A stretch of DNA of 64,000 nucleotides from the NCBI GenBank assembly GCA_963709405.1, contig CAVPXM010000038.1:1-64000 (forward strand). The letters run 5' to 3'. Source of the DNA: an uncultured Nitrososphaerales archaeon (GTDB taxonomy: Archaea > Thermoproteota > Nitrososphaeria > Nitrososphaerales > Nitrososphaeraceae). Of this stretch, positions 12,717-24,011 are shown piece after piece. Numbering within the stretch: the first letter of the stretch is position 1; each line of letters begins with the position of its first letter. The translations under genes and the position numbers were made by a program. Under the pieces are notes generated by a model. It saw only the letters and a list, made by a program, of their open reading frames with translations, did not search any database and was not told the origin of the DNA.

Positions 12717-13312
12717 GTCTTGACAGTCATCAAGACTATATGTACTGGACTATTGTTCATTTTCATTGTGATAAGGTACGTGCTAGTGAAAAAGAACACA
12801 TTTCGAACTTTACAATAATGGTATTAATGCTTATGATGTGCTTGAAGGAAAGATGCAATTATCTCACAGGAACACTGGGTAGTGCTCGCCACTTCCTAGA
12901 GCTTGAATTATGTACACACATTTTTGCCGCATATAGTCAACAGCGAACTTGAAGCTTTAGGCGTACAGATAGGCAAAAAACAGTCATCGGTGTTCAGGAT
13001 AATCTCTTAATTCTCGTGTATCTTGATCGATTTTATGGCACCGTGAAACAGTAGAAAATACCCGATCGATATTCTACTCGCCACCAACAGAGGTGTTGGG
13101 AAATTTGCTTCTGATTTGAAGGCAATTACACAAGCAAATTTGACAACTGATGCAGCGTCAATGTGAACCGGCCCGCCGGTTCACGATACAAAAGGTACTT
13201 CCTCAGCAATTATCATCTGTCATGCAAGACACGCAAATGAATATGATCCTTCCTAGTCCAATCGACATAGCGTGCTTAAGTCGTCGGGACCGATCTGAAC
13301 GAGTCGGGGCCC

Positions 13313-13565
13313 TTACCGCAACCCGTCTGAGCTAGTCGAGGTGTGACAGCACCAGGTCCAGGTTTGAGGAGCATAACGTTACCGCAACCCGTCTGAGCTA
13401 GTCGAGGTGTGACGGCACCAGGTCCAGCTTTGAGGCAGCATAACGTTACCGCAACCCGTCTGAGCTAGTCGAGGTGTGACGGCACCAGGTCCAGCTTTGA
13501 GGCAGCATAACGTTACCGCAACCCGTCTGAGCTAGTCGAGGTGTGACGGCACCAGGTCCAGCTTT
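13313..13565. repeat. tandem repeat, 67-bp unit x ~3.8
   Basis: Units start at 13313, 13379, 13446 and 13513: TTACCGCAACCCGTCTGAGCTAGTCGAGGTGTGACGGCACCAGGTCCAGCTTTGAGGCAGCATAACG; the first unit is 66 bp with minor variants. Confidence 0.97.
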
Positions 13566-14032
13566 CAGTATCACAGGAGTTTCAATTAAGCTCCCAAACT
13601 ACGTTTAATACCATCTAATTCGCAGACAATGGGGCATTAATATAATGCGATGTATACTAAACATGCTGTATATCTAAACCTAATTACTTGGCGTCTGAAA
13701 CTGGAACAGGTCCGTCGATTATTAATACGATCTCTATTCACAATTTAAGAAGAAGTATTATGAAAAGAACTGTGTGATTCTTGATGGGGGGAATGAATAC
13801 TTAATTGCTTAAAAATCCGCTTTCATTTAGTACCTTCCTCGAGTGCCATCAATAAGATATTTCCGACCGACTGCATCCATAGCCTTGCATGAATTCTGAA
13901 TTATATATGTATCCTAAGAATGAGCAAATTTCAATTGGGATTGATGCATCCCTTGAAAAAATCACTAGTTTTGGAGAAATCCTATTGAAGGTATCATACT
14001 ATAATAAGGGCATTTCAATAGGTACTCATGAA

Positions 14033-14197
14033 TTGGTTGGACAGAGACAAGCCATTGGAATTCTGGGTATGATCTTTGCAGTATTAGGAGGTGTCGCATG
14101 GTTTCTTCGACAGAATATAGTGGCTATAATGTTATGGGGGGTGGCAGGTTTAATCATACTTAAATTAAATAAGAGAGCGAAGACAAGACGGAGGTAA
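14033..14197 (+). CDS. small two-TM membrane protein with basic tail
   Basis: 3' part of ORF 13889..14197: QAIGILGMIFAVLGGVAWF...IMLWGVAGLIILKLNKRAKTRRR; start approximate. Confidence 0.55.
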   Translation: MVGQRQAIGILGMIFAVLGGVAWFLRQNIVAIMLWGVAGLIILKLNKRAKTRRR

Positions 14198-14995
14198 TTA
14201 TGCTTTTGATGCTATAAGTTAATGCATCAGTTAGAAGATGTTTATAACTCACAAGTGATTTGAATTCTTCTATAATTTAATGACCAAAAATTCCATTGAT
14301 TGATAACACTGCATTAGTCCAGAATTTGATTAAACTGCCAAAATAAGTGAGAAGTAATCCGAATGATTTCTTGGTCAACCGGTGATCCTAATGTTTTACT
14401 AGTGTAACATACTTATTCTTACAGTGGAGTATTCCACTGGCTATTACAGCTAAGGATAATACCACTGGATCATTTATAATCACATCATCGATTCTAACGA
14501 TGTACTCCTATTACCACTTCATAAGATACTATGGGACCAAGTCGTCTAGACTTGATATCACTTACCCATATGGTTGGATTAGCATTAATCAACAACTGAA
14601 TTTGATTTTAATAGCTTAAAATATCATGAATGGAAGATAACAAGCATGTTTAGAGAGGTTAACAACAAACAAAGAGTATATTGATCACTGTAAAACCTCT
14701 ATTAATGAGCTCGAAGCAAATTATAGTGACTTGAAAACTCTTAGCATATTCCGTATTCAAATTACTCTTGCTACTAAATACAGCCGGTGAAGGTCGACGT
14801 AACATTGTATCATAGATCATCTTACTTAGTTTGACCACACAATTCTTTGAGGTAATTCTATATTGTTCCATATTTCACGCAAATAGTTGTTTGAACAATA
14901 TTTGGGCTTGTTGATTAGATCAGGATATTTGTAGTTAATATTCCGTTATGATGCGACATATGGGGGCACTTCGCATCTTATACAAACCAGATACC

Positions 14996-15343
14996 CTAGA
15001 TCATTTTACGTATAGATTGTATGATTTTTACATGATCGGCCTGTACTTCAGTAGTAACTAAGAGCAAGTGATCGCTTGTCAGTGGTATTGTTATACGTTT
15101 AATCTTCTCATATTCCGTCATCGAGTATTTTCCATAACCGATTTTGGGAGCGAGCGAGTTACGCAAACCCCATCGAGCCAATGCTTGCATGTTTGACCTC
15201 TTAGTCTCGTCAGCAGAGAGTAGATTCACTATCCCTTCAGCGTGACCCCCATGTTTAATCTCTCCAGTATGATCGCAAACTCCAGCAAAACGAACCTGTG
15301 GATCAATGTCAAGTATACTTTTGCATAGCATGTCAAAATCCAT
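14996..15343 (-). CDS. DUF6659 / roadblock-like thaumarchaeal protein
   Basis: CKSILDIDPQVRFAGV...G...YSMTEYEKIKRITIPL pattern. Confidence 0.7.
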   Translation of the reverse strand: MDFDMLCKSILDIDPQVRFAGVCDHTGEIKHGGHAEGIVNLLSADETKRSNMQALARWGLRNSLAPKIGYGKYSMTEYEKIKRITIPLTSDHLLLVTTEVQADHVKIIQSIRKMI

Positions 15344-15643
15344 ATTTCTATTCTGTAACTATAATCATGATTCTAATAAGTATTGTTACTTCAAGATGCA
15401 ACCCTTAGGCTAAGTCGAAAATCGAATTTTGCAATGATGAAATTCATACTCAAATCAACAAGATCGTAAGATTTTCAAAGTGCAAAGATTTTTAAAAAAT
15501 AGTATCATTAATGGGTTACAGAGATAACCAAATGGTTATAACATATCCAAATCTTTCCAGATTGGGCTATTCGTGCGATAGAATGGTTTAAAATATGCTC
15601 CATTTAGAATATCAACGCCGAATTGGTTGAAGAATCAAATAGC

Positions 15644-16070
15644 TTGACGGAATGGATCGAAATTCCTATAACGTCCACAACCAAATGTTCTGAATGTGAA
15701 AATGAAATAATGCCCGGTCTGGCACTTTGGTCAAAATCTGCTAAGCTGGTCAAGCATCTTACCTGTAAGAAAGAGCAGCGTTCGGGGGAGTAAATGGCCT
15801 ATCATGAATAGATCAGTCGGTGCAGGCTTTGCCGGATCATCAGGTAGAAATTGGGTAAAAGAACCAGAGGCCATTGAATTAAAGTGCTTCATATGTGGAA
15901 ATTCAGCTGGGTGTCAAAAGTGCATTTTCGCAAATTCCTGCAATAGAGAAATCGTCTCCCAATCCTGTATCTGTGAAAGATGTATGGTTCAAATGCAAGA
16001 GGGTGAGCTGAGGTCACTTGACGTATATCAGAAAGTATTCCTTAAGAAAGCGAAGATTACCAAGTCGTGA
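15644..16070 (+). CDS. Cys-rich conserved thaumarchaeal protein (frameshift ~15790)
   Basis: MTEWIEIP...KCSEC...ALWSK...KHLTC from TTG 15644 joins ELKCFICG...GCQKC...CICERC (ORF 15804..16070). Confidence 0.6.
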
Positions 16071-16581
16071 GTTCAACCTGTTACTCCTGAACCGGTAGAC
16101 ATTGATCATGTGCTTATTGTGAAACATCGCGTAGCTTTCTACGGATGCAATGCGATGAGTTAAACCACGTTGCCTAGATGGATATATAATCAAACAATAG
16201 AATAAAAATCAATATTGTCATGAGAAACGGCTGGGCAGATTTCAAAATGTCGAAACAATCCAATATTCCTTTTACTCTGATCGAACCCCCATTTACAGAT
16301 TCAGTCAGATTCACAATTCAAAAGTATAGAATAACGAAATGATTACGACTAGGGAATCTATAGAAGCTGATGTGTAAGAATAGCAGTTGACTTTTTCGGA
16401 ATAATCATCATCTGCACGGATCTGACAAGTTATAATAAAAAGGCCTAAATGACTTACCAAGTTGTGGTCATGTCTCAAATTAATCTATACTTAACCAAAA
16501 CCTGCTGCTTCTGTCTCTCAATATCTCAGGTATAAAAAATAACATAGTAGTTAAATAACACTTAGAAATTGTAATAGACCA

Positions 16582-16981
16582 TTGAAAAAAAATGAAAATG
16601 GGATGCGTCCGATAGAGACTAATGATCAAGATTCAGCTGGGCAAAAATGCGAGATTATGAACATCTGGGAAATATTGGGCAGAAGGTGGGCACTGGCAAT
16701 ATTAAAGAATCTAAGTAGCAAGGAGGTGATACGGTTTAACGAGCTCAAAAAATTATTGTCTGGAATTAGGCAGCACTGTTTTGGCAGCAAGGCTGTTGGA
16801 GTTAGAACGTGAAGGGTTAGTTTCAAAAAAAATTTATCCGCAAATACCGCCAAAAGTAGAATATCGTTTGACTATCCAAGCAAAGCAATTGGAAGCAATA
16901 TTAAGAGAATTGGGTAGATGGGCTTACAGTTGGAGGGCGCCAGAAATCACATCCCCAAAAACAAGAGAAGCATACAAATAG
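16582..16981 (+). CDS. HxlR-family winged-helix regulator (frameshift ~16770)
   Basis: EILGRRWALAIL...IRFNELKK plus LLELEREGLVSKKIYPQIPPKVEYRLT. Confidence 0.85.
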
Positions 16982-17260
16982 GAAGATGTAAACGTTGTAC
17001 AAACTAATCTAGACAAGCTTTCGCTCCATATTATTTGAAATAGAAAATATGTTATTAGACCTTCCCACTAGTTCCAGATCTTACGCAGGCAGAAACTATC
17101 TAGATTTCATTCGTTTCAAAGGGGCCCACAGTCGGCCATGATTGAAAAGAAATTATAATGGAATTTATTTCATCTGGTGTATATATCGTGCTACTAGCTG
17201 GCTAGTTATCCCTTGCAGTTCTTATGCAAAGGTCCAGGTTTAGCAGTACACATAATCGGT

Positions 17261-17617
17261 TCAAGTCTTCCTTTTGGGACCGGCAGTATCTGGTTCCAAT
17301 ACTTCAAGCTCGTTTAGTACTTTCACCACACCGGGCGTATTCCAGGCCGTTTGACCTACCAAGGCTCTATCCTCATAGGTTTTGACCGTTCCAGAAAGGG
17401 TTGCCGTTGCATCAAATACCGAGACATTAATATTACTTTCTTTATGAATTTTTAGATTTTTTTTAATGTTAGAATCTATCTCCTCGCGTAGTTGTTCATC
17501 ACTCTTACGACCTGGAAGCTCACTATCCGAAGTATACGGGTGACTCCCAAAATAGTATCCTGCATAATAATCTTTGGCGGGTTCTTTTCTAGGCTCTTCC
17601 TCCTCTTTTTCCCTCAT
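17261..17617 (-). CDS. BON-domain protein
   Basis: SDEQLREEI...INVSV...ATLSGTV...AWNTPGVVKVLNEL. Confidence 0.85.
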   Translation of the reverse strand: MREKEEEEPRKEPAKDYYAGYYFGSHPYTSDSELPGRKSDEQLREEIDSNIKKNLKIHKESNINVSVFDATATLSGTVKTYEDRALVGQTAWNTPGVVKVLNELEVLEPDTAGPKRKT

Positions 17618-18051
17618 ATTACATGAATCTCCAAAGATATTTATATATGCTTAGAGCTGAGGCTCATAGGCACCTTTATTTGAGTCTCAAGTCATTTAAA
17701 TAATCACCATATTTCTGTAAATTTTGATCTTTTTATTGTATTGAGGCTTACATTTTTATTTGAACTTGCAATTACGATATTTTCAAGAATGCCTAGGACA
17801 ATTCCCGCATTAGCGATAGACTTTAAATAACTTTGTTGATATAGTGATTGATTGCTACTTGAATCAAGCTTCAAATCACACCTTGTTCTTCCAGTTAATC
17901 AATACCCTCAAATTGCAGAGGTTAGACGTGTAACATCTGTATTAAGACGGTTAGCAAAAATTATCTACATTAATGAATGTGGTATCAATGAAAATAATTA
18001 AAACCTATATCAAAGAACATTACCCCAAATAGTAATATGGTCCCTAACTGT

Positions 18052-18465
18052 TCATGATATCTTGACTTCACTTATGTATTTTTGGATGATTGCAAAAAGG
18101 TTGCCTACAGACACTGGTTTTTGAATAAATTCATCAATTCTTATAGACGGTAGGGCCCTTGAGAACTCGAGATCATTTATTTCAAATGCAGTCATAAGAA
18201 AAATCTTCACTTCAGGCTTCATTTCTTTCACTTTCTTGACAAATTCATAGCCATTCATAGTGGGCATACGAATATCAGATACAACGATTGCATATCTTTC
18301 GTGATTGATCTTAAAATGCTCTAATGCCAGTAGAGGATCTGTAAAACCAAACACATTTAGACCATATTTTTCTAATCCTAGTCTAAAAATATTGATAAGA
18401 TCAAAATCATCATCGAGTACCAAAATAAACGGTAAAGATTTAGCATCGAATTCTGTGCTTCTCAT
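18052..18465 (-). CDS. response regulator receiver protein
   Basis: LVLDDD, SDIRMPTMNG, FLMTA, FIQKP. Confidence 0.93.
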   Translation of the reverse strand: MRSTEFDAKSLPFILVLDDDFDLINIFRLGLEKYGLNVFGFTDPLLALEHFKINHERYAIVVSDIRMPTMNGYEFVKKVKEMKPEVKIFLMTAFEINDLEFSRALPSIRIDEFIQKPVSVGNLFAIIQKYISEVKIS

Positions 18466-18869
18466 AATATTTTAATGAAGACATGCATATACTTAAATCA
18501 TATGTTTGACAAATACAATTCTAATTGGATTAGGATTAAAAATAACATCCATCGGTTATAGCAAAAGGCATAATCATCTTGTGTACTGTTAACAAATTAA
18601 GCGCGGTACCCTCAGAAAGGAATTCCAAGGGATCGATTACCATCCTTTCCCCAGATTTCGCATTTCCTCAGCGTGGAAATTTTAGCATAATCTATTAATC
18701 ATGCGAAGTGATTATCGAGATGTCGTTTCATGATTGACTCTTTGTCCTTTTCGGGTAATCTTTAAATCGTCTATGGATTTTTAGTTTGTTCTACTTCGAG
18801 GATATGATGTGGATGAAGAGCTACAACTTTTATACGAAATTTTTTCAATAGACGTAACGCGCAATAATT

Positions 18870-19102
18870 TAGGGTCAAAACGGAATTTTGGAGTTAGCTG
18901 GACAATGATTTTTGTTTTAGGAAACATTGTAGTTACATCTAGTGTTCACGCTAAGCAATAATGTCGCCGCTACCGGAAGCAACAACGGAACTGGAGATGC
19001 AAAATGCATTCGGAAGAAGGTATAAAGGCATTGCAGAATGGAGATTCGAATGTGGCATTGATGCATTAAAAGGTCGCAGAACAAAAGTTAGCAGAAGAAT
19101 AG
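18870..19102 (+). pseudogene. small secreted helical protein, disrupted
   Basis: Broken frame gives GDAK..EEGIKALQNGDSNVALMH*KVAEQKL after a hydrophobic leader. Confidence 0.35.
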
Positions 19103-19229
19103 TTATAATTAGAGATCATGATAGGCCATTTTTAAGACTAGATAATTGCAGAGGATGTTGGTCAATCCATATTTCCTTTTGATAGTCCTTGTGTGTCGTT
19201 TATAAAGGAGTGTTCATAAAGAGATAAAA

Positions 19230-19388
19230 ATGGAGGATAAAGATAAATACCAAATTAATCTCGTTTTGGATAAAGACAGGTACCATGATTTGCTAGATAT
19301 TTGTGTCAAATATAAAGAACAGCAAGGTGCAGAGCTAACTCCAAAGGAATACATATTGATGCTAATAGATTCGGCCATCAAAAAATAA
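19230..19388 (+). CDS. 52-aa protein, possible ribbon-helix-helix
   Basis: MEDKDKYQINLVLDKDRYHDLLDICVKYKEQQGAELTPKEYILMLIDSAIKK; below the ORF-track cutoff. Confidence 0.5.
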   Translation: MEDKDKYQINLVLDKDRYHDLLDICVKYKEQQGAELTPKEYILMLIDSAIKK

Positions 19389-19561
19389 AGCTCTCCGCCC
19401 AGATCAATTTAATTTAACTATAATTAGTTCTATGACAAGAATCATAATATCAACATTTGTTTGTTCTCGATAGTTGGACCGCTACCTCAATCTATTCGTA
19501 TCTCTTTTTCCATATTTAACAGCATATGCGCTTGGTTATGATTCAGGATAAACTTGCACCA

Positions 19562-20146
19562 CTATTTGTTCACGAGAAATCTATCATCGTTTGCATACTC
19601 CTTGTACCCTGCATATTCAAGATATGCCTCTAATGTGTATCTGAAACATGGCACGAAGAATCCGGGACTTGCATTGAAAAAATTGATTACTTTATCGAGT
19701 GATAGAAAATATACATTCAATACTTCAGACGGATTTATCTCCAGCCCCTTCATAATCTCGTTTTCAGAAAGGTAACATTGATATATGGTTACGAAAGCAT
19801 TCTTTCGCCATTCTGTTTCAGGTTCACAAACGTTAACGTGTATTTTACAAATCTCTTTCAGATTGGCTTGACAATGAACTCCTATTTCTTCGCTGAGCCT
19901 CCGACTGGCAGCTTGGTTATAGCTTTCATCGTACCTAACATGTGCGCTTACTGATTCAGAAAAAAGGCCTCCATGAGACTTCCCTATTCCTCTTTTCTGA
20001 AGCAAAAGTCGGATACATCCAGAATAGGTATCAATAACAAAAATCGAAGCAAACCTGTGTAAAAGACCTTTACTATATATTTGATATGAACTGGCCGCAC
20101 TTACCGGTGTGTCAGACTCATCTACTACAGTCACAGAATATGTCAT
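19562..20146 (-). CDS. NUDIX hydrolase (IDI type 1-like)
   Basis: VVDESD...GLLHR...LLLQKR...AHV..DESYNQAASRRLSEEIG. Confidence 0.8.
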   Translation of the reverse strand: MTYSVTVVDESDTPVSAASSYQIYSKGLLHRFASIFVIDTYSGCIRLLLQKRGIGKSHGGLFSESVSAHVRYDESYNQAASRRLSEEIGVHCQANLKEICKIHVNVCEPETEWRKNAFVTIYQCYLSENEIMKGLEINPSEVLNVYFLSLDKVINFFNASPGFFVPCFRYTLEAYLEYAGYKEYANDDRFLVNK

Positions 20147-20639
20147 ATGTATATGTATGCATAAAACAAAAACGCATAATGCAATTAAACTTTAAAGATA
20201 TATTCTCTAGACGAATCAGGTGAAAAATATATACTTTTCTTTCTTTAGTAAAATGCATTCCTGTCTCAAATACTAATAGCTAATGATCCGAATCCATTAT
20301 CCAATGAACTGATCAGAGCGACTAGAAAAATAGAAAAAGAGCATAAGTTCGATTCCAATCGTCTATTTTCATCAAAAATGTAATATTTTGTAATATACGT
20401 CGAATATTTCATTTAATTTTCTAGCTTAGTATTAAGATTATATTCAAAAGTTGAACTGCATGAACTAAGGTATTAACCGTCTGTGGCATTTTTTCCGGGA
20501 ACAACTATAGAGGAAATTTCGACACTTTTTAGATCAGCCAGCTTGATAGTATGAGTAATAGAAAAATCTGATTTAACTTATAGAATTAATAGTCTAAATC
20601 TAAATAAGATATTTGACATGAGAAACGACTAGTAAAATC

Positions 20640-21323
20640 ATGAGATTTCTTAAAGCAAAATTAGTAATATCGATTGCAATATTTATGCCAGTTGTCATCA
20701 TAACAATGATCTATTCAAATTATCTTTTTTCCAGTCTTAGAATTTATGCGCAACCATCTCCCCGAATCTCACAGATGCAGTATCCCCATCTACAAACCGA
20801 CTACGATTTAGAAAATCAAGAAAACCAACCTAGGCTTAGAATTACCTCGCCGATAGAAAATCAGCAAATTCCCATTGGAGTCAAGTTCACTGTAAGCGGT
20901 ATCTCCGTACCAAGTCGGTCTATTGCGAATTGTCAAGTGAGCGTAATTCTTAATCACCTCAAGCCTTATCAAAAGACAATACCCGCTGGGACTGGTGGCA
21001 CAGAGGACTATTCTTATTGGATGTATACATTTAACCATAGTTATAGTAATATTAAGGCAGGAAAAAATAAGATCACGGCTAAATTAACTTGTTTTAACGG
21101 CAATTTAACTAAATGGTACAGCATAAACGTTTTTGGTATCTCTAATGACTTGTCATGGGAACAACACCAGAAAATATTGTTATCCTCTTACAAAATATCT
21201 AGTGATGCAATTTCATCGAAAAATGAAAATGGTCAATCAAATAAGCGTCTACCATTAGCAAAAAATATACCAGATATTGCATTAACTCATTACAGACCCA
21301 TAATACCATCTAATTTATATTGA
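20640..21323 (+). CDS. secreted Ig-like beta-sandwich protein
   Basis: Signal anchor; RITSP...VSG...CQVSV...DYSYW...GKNKITAKLTC. Confidence 0.6.
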   Translation: MRFLKAKLVISIAIFMPVVIITMIYSNYLFSSLRIYAQPSPRISQMQYPHLQTDYDLENQENQPRLRITSPIENQQIPIGVKFTVSGISVPSRSIANCQVSVILNHLKPYQKTIPAGTGGTEDYSYWMYTFNHSYSNIKAGKNKITAKLTCFNGNLTKWYSINVFGISNDLSWEQHQKILLSSYKISSDAISSKNENGQSNKRLPLAKNIPDIALTHYRPIIPSNLY

Positions 21324-21968
21324 TAGGATTGTCGAGAGCGATATGATTTGCAGTATTTCAATAAAAGTCTAATAATTCTTTGATTCCCGATATATGGAGT
21401 TTTCTCACTAAAATAGTTTGTAGATTAATCCCGAAATTAACGTCATTCACGGACTGGTTCGAGCATCTTACTGAATAATATGTTCATATTATTCGTTGAC
21501 AATCTGTACTAATTCGTCTAATTCGTAATTCGAAAACTGAATTCGAAATTACGCTACAAACCGTCATTAAGAGTATCTTTTGTGATTCGGAGTATCGAAA
21601 TCGCTGGGAATAGTCATTTTTAGATAGTTGATTAGTTTCTTTTTTGCGCTAAGTTTAGTGATCTCGCCAAGACTAAGGATAGTGATAAAAGAGTCAGATT
21701 GTCAACACCTGAAAATTAGGGTTTTACGTTCAAGTGCTCATTTAAAAGAATTGATATATGAGCCTTGTTCCCGGTTCACGTTGTTGCTCCACTTTACTGA
21801 TGAGGATGCAGTAGATCTAGGCGAATGCCGCTAATATTGGTAGATATTAATAATTTTTATATACAAATCACTAGCTATTCAGTATTCGTATCCAGATTGA
21901 CCGAATACACTTCAGGTCTCCTGATATTATGAAACATGAACCAACGTCATGGATCTTGGTAGATATCC

Positions 21969-22340
21969 TTACGAGGACGAGATACTCTTACTGTATAAGA
22001 TTTGTGAATCCAAACATACGCACAGATACATATCCTTACTTTTAGGTAGCTTTATAGTTGCTATCTTTACATTGTCAACCGAGTCTAAAGATTGAAACTG
22101 AAGTTTTGGATTGTCATCAGAACAGAGACTCTTCTTTCTTATAGCGGGTACTAAATAATTCAGATAAAATAGATAACTTCGTGGATAACGACTGATTAAA
22201 CCATTTTGTCTAGCTGTGATATCCCTGGCTTTCGCGACAATAAGTTTCCCTTCGATATCCACCACTGCGGCAAATTTTACATAGGAACTTGCTGATATTG
22301 CAGCGAGGCATATTTTGTATAGGAATGTTCTTTCCTCCAT
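21969..22340 (-). CDS. DUF6659 / roadblock-like protein
   Basis: VKFAAVVDIEGKLI...KIATIKL...YLCVCLD. Confidence 0.5.
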   Translation of the reverse strand: MEERTFLYKICLAAISASSYVKFAAVVDIEGKLIVAKARDITARQNGLISRYPRSYLFYLNYLVPAIRKKSLCSDDNPKLQFQSLDSVDNVKIATIKLPKSKDMYLCVCLDSQILYSKSISSS

Positions 22341-22480
22341 CTAATTCTGAATCTTACCTATCTCCATAATAATCAATTCGATTGACTTTTACTATCTCTT
22401 TTCTAATTAGAATTCTATTAAATTATCAATAGGAACTCTTTATTATGTACAAATTGCTAACATTGATGACTCGCGATGAA

Positions 22481-23620
22481 TTATCTGATAGATGGACGTG
22501 ACCCGACTATTGTCTCCAGGCTTATTAAATGACCATCTCTAAAAATAGTAAACCTCACTGGATTTCCAGGAGATTTTGTCTTTTCCAAATAAGAGATCAT
22601 ATCTTCAGAACGAGTGATATTTTTTCCATCAATTGCTATAATTATATCGCCGCCATGTTTTTTACCATATTGGTCCGTAGTAGAACCCTTTATTCCGGCC
22701 CTGTCCGCAGAACCACCTCTCATAATAGTATCTACCAATACTCCTCTTAAACTTGAAGGCATATTGCCTACCCGACTTGTCAAGTCAGAGGTCAGAGTAG
22801 CAACTTTGAGACCTAGATATGGATGAGTATAATTTCCTTTATCGATTAACACTGGGACAAGATGTCTCACAATATCTGAAGGAATTGCAAAATTTATCCC
22901 TCCAGGTATCCCTCCAAAAGTAACCCCAACTACCTGACCTCGGATATTAAATAGTGGTCCGCCTGAGTTGCCAGGGTTAAGTGCCGCATCAGTTTGAAGT
23001 ACATCTGGAATGGAATATGCTCCAACTGGAGCTTGTACTGCTCGTCCCACTTGACTCACAATACCTGTTGTCATTGTATTATCTAGACCATACGGATTAC
23101 CAATAGCAATCACTTGGTCACCAACTTCAAGTTCTGATGAATTACCTAATGTGAGGGGCTTGAATAGAAATTGTGATGAATTTTGGTTGCTATTACTGTT
23201 TGGATTTAAGATCTTTAGCACAGCTAAATCACCATAAGGATCTCGACCTGTTACATTGGCAGTATATCTATTTCCATCAATAGATGTGACATCAACTACC
23301 TTTGCATCTCCGACAACATGACTATTAGTAACTATATGTCCTTGTCTGTCAAAAACAAAACCTGAGCCTAACGCTGTTCGGTTTTCTCCTCCAGGTTGTT
23401 GGGTATTAGCGGGATTTGCTACTGGTATCTTACTTGTAATTTGAACAACTGACCCTTCTACTTTTTTGAAGAGTTCGTTTAGTGAAGAAAGATGACCGGA
23501 ACTGACGCCAGTATAAGCCATGCTAATTTGCTGATGAACAATAGTCATCAATGAAATTATAGTGAGAAGTATTACAAATCCGCACGATACTCGAAAGTTA
23601 TATATCTTTTGTGTAATCAA
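22481..23620 (-). CDS. htrA: HtrA/DegP-like serine protease with PDZ domain
   Basis: GSGFV, VTNSHVV, DLAVLK, LQTDAALNPGNSGGPL; PDZ GDIIIAIDG. Confidence 0.93.
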   Translation of the reverse strand: MITQKIYNFRVSCGFVILLTIISLMTIVHQQISMAYTGVSSGHLSSLNELFKKVEGSVVQITSKIPVANPANTQQPGGENRTALGSGFVFDRQGHIVTNSHVVGDAKVVDVTSIDGNRYTANVTGRDPYGDLAVLKILNPNSNSNQNSSQFLFKPLTLGNSSELEVGDQVIAIGNPYGLDNTMTTGIVSQVGRAVQAPVGAYSIPDVLQTDAALNPGNSGGPLFNIRGQVVGVTFGGIPGGINFAIPSDIVRHLVPVLIDKGNYTHPYLGLKVATLTSDLTSRVGNMPSSLRGVLVDTIMRGGSADRAGIKGSTTDQYGKKHGGDIIIAIDGKNITRSEDMISYLEKTKSPGNPVRFTIFRDGHLISLETIVGSRPSIR

Positions 23621-24011
23621 TCCAACAGGGTAATGTACGACAATGATGCCATATATTATTGTAAGGAGTGCCCCTTACTATTAAGACAATAAATCTTCTG
23701 TGATTTTTTTCTAGAATTCATATTACTATTCTGAAGAGATTTACTAGGATCTTTGATTTCCATTCCTTTCGTTTAAAGAACAAAGGATTATAAGGTATTG
23801 ATAAATTGCATCAAAAAGCGACGCAAATACTAATTTTCTAATTTATTATTGGTTGTACTACCCTCCTAGATTACAACCCCTTGCAATTGTACATGCAAAA
23901 TTATGTAGATAGTGGTCACGACCCAATTCGACTGTTAGGACACATCCTGATGGGCTAGCCGCAAATGATACACTGTTTATAACATTAGTTTAGAGTTTTG
24001 AGGATATGAGG

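Noticed and set aside
13313-13565. CRISPR array
   Set aside because: The units are contiguous and near-identical with no unique spacers, and there are no cas genes in the window.
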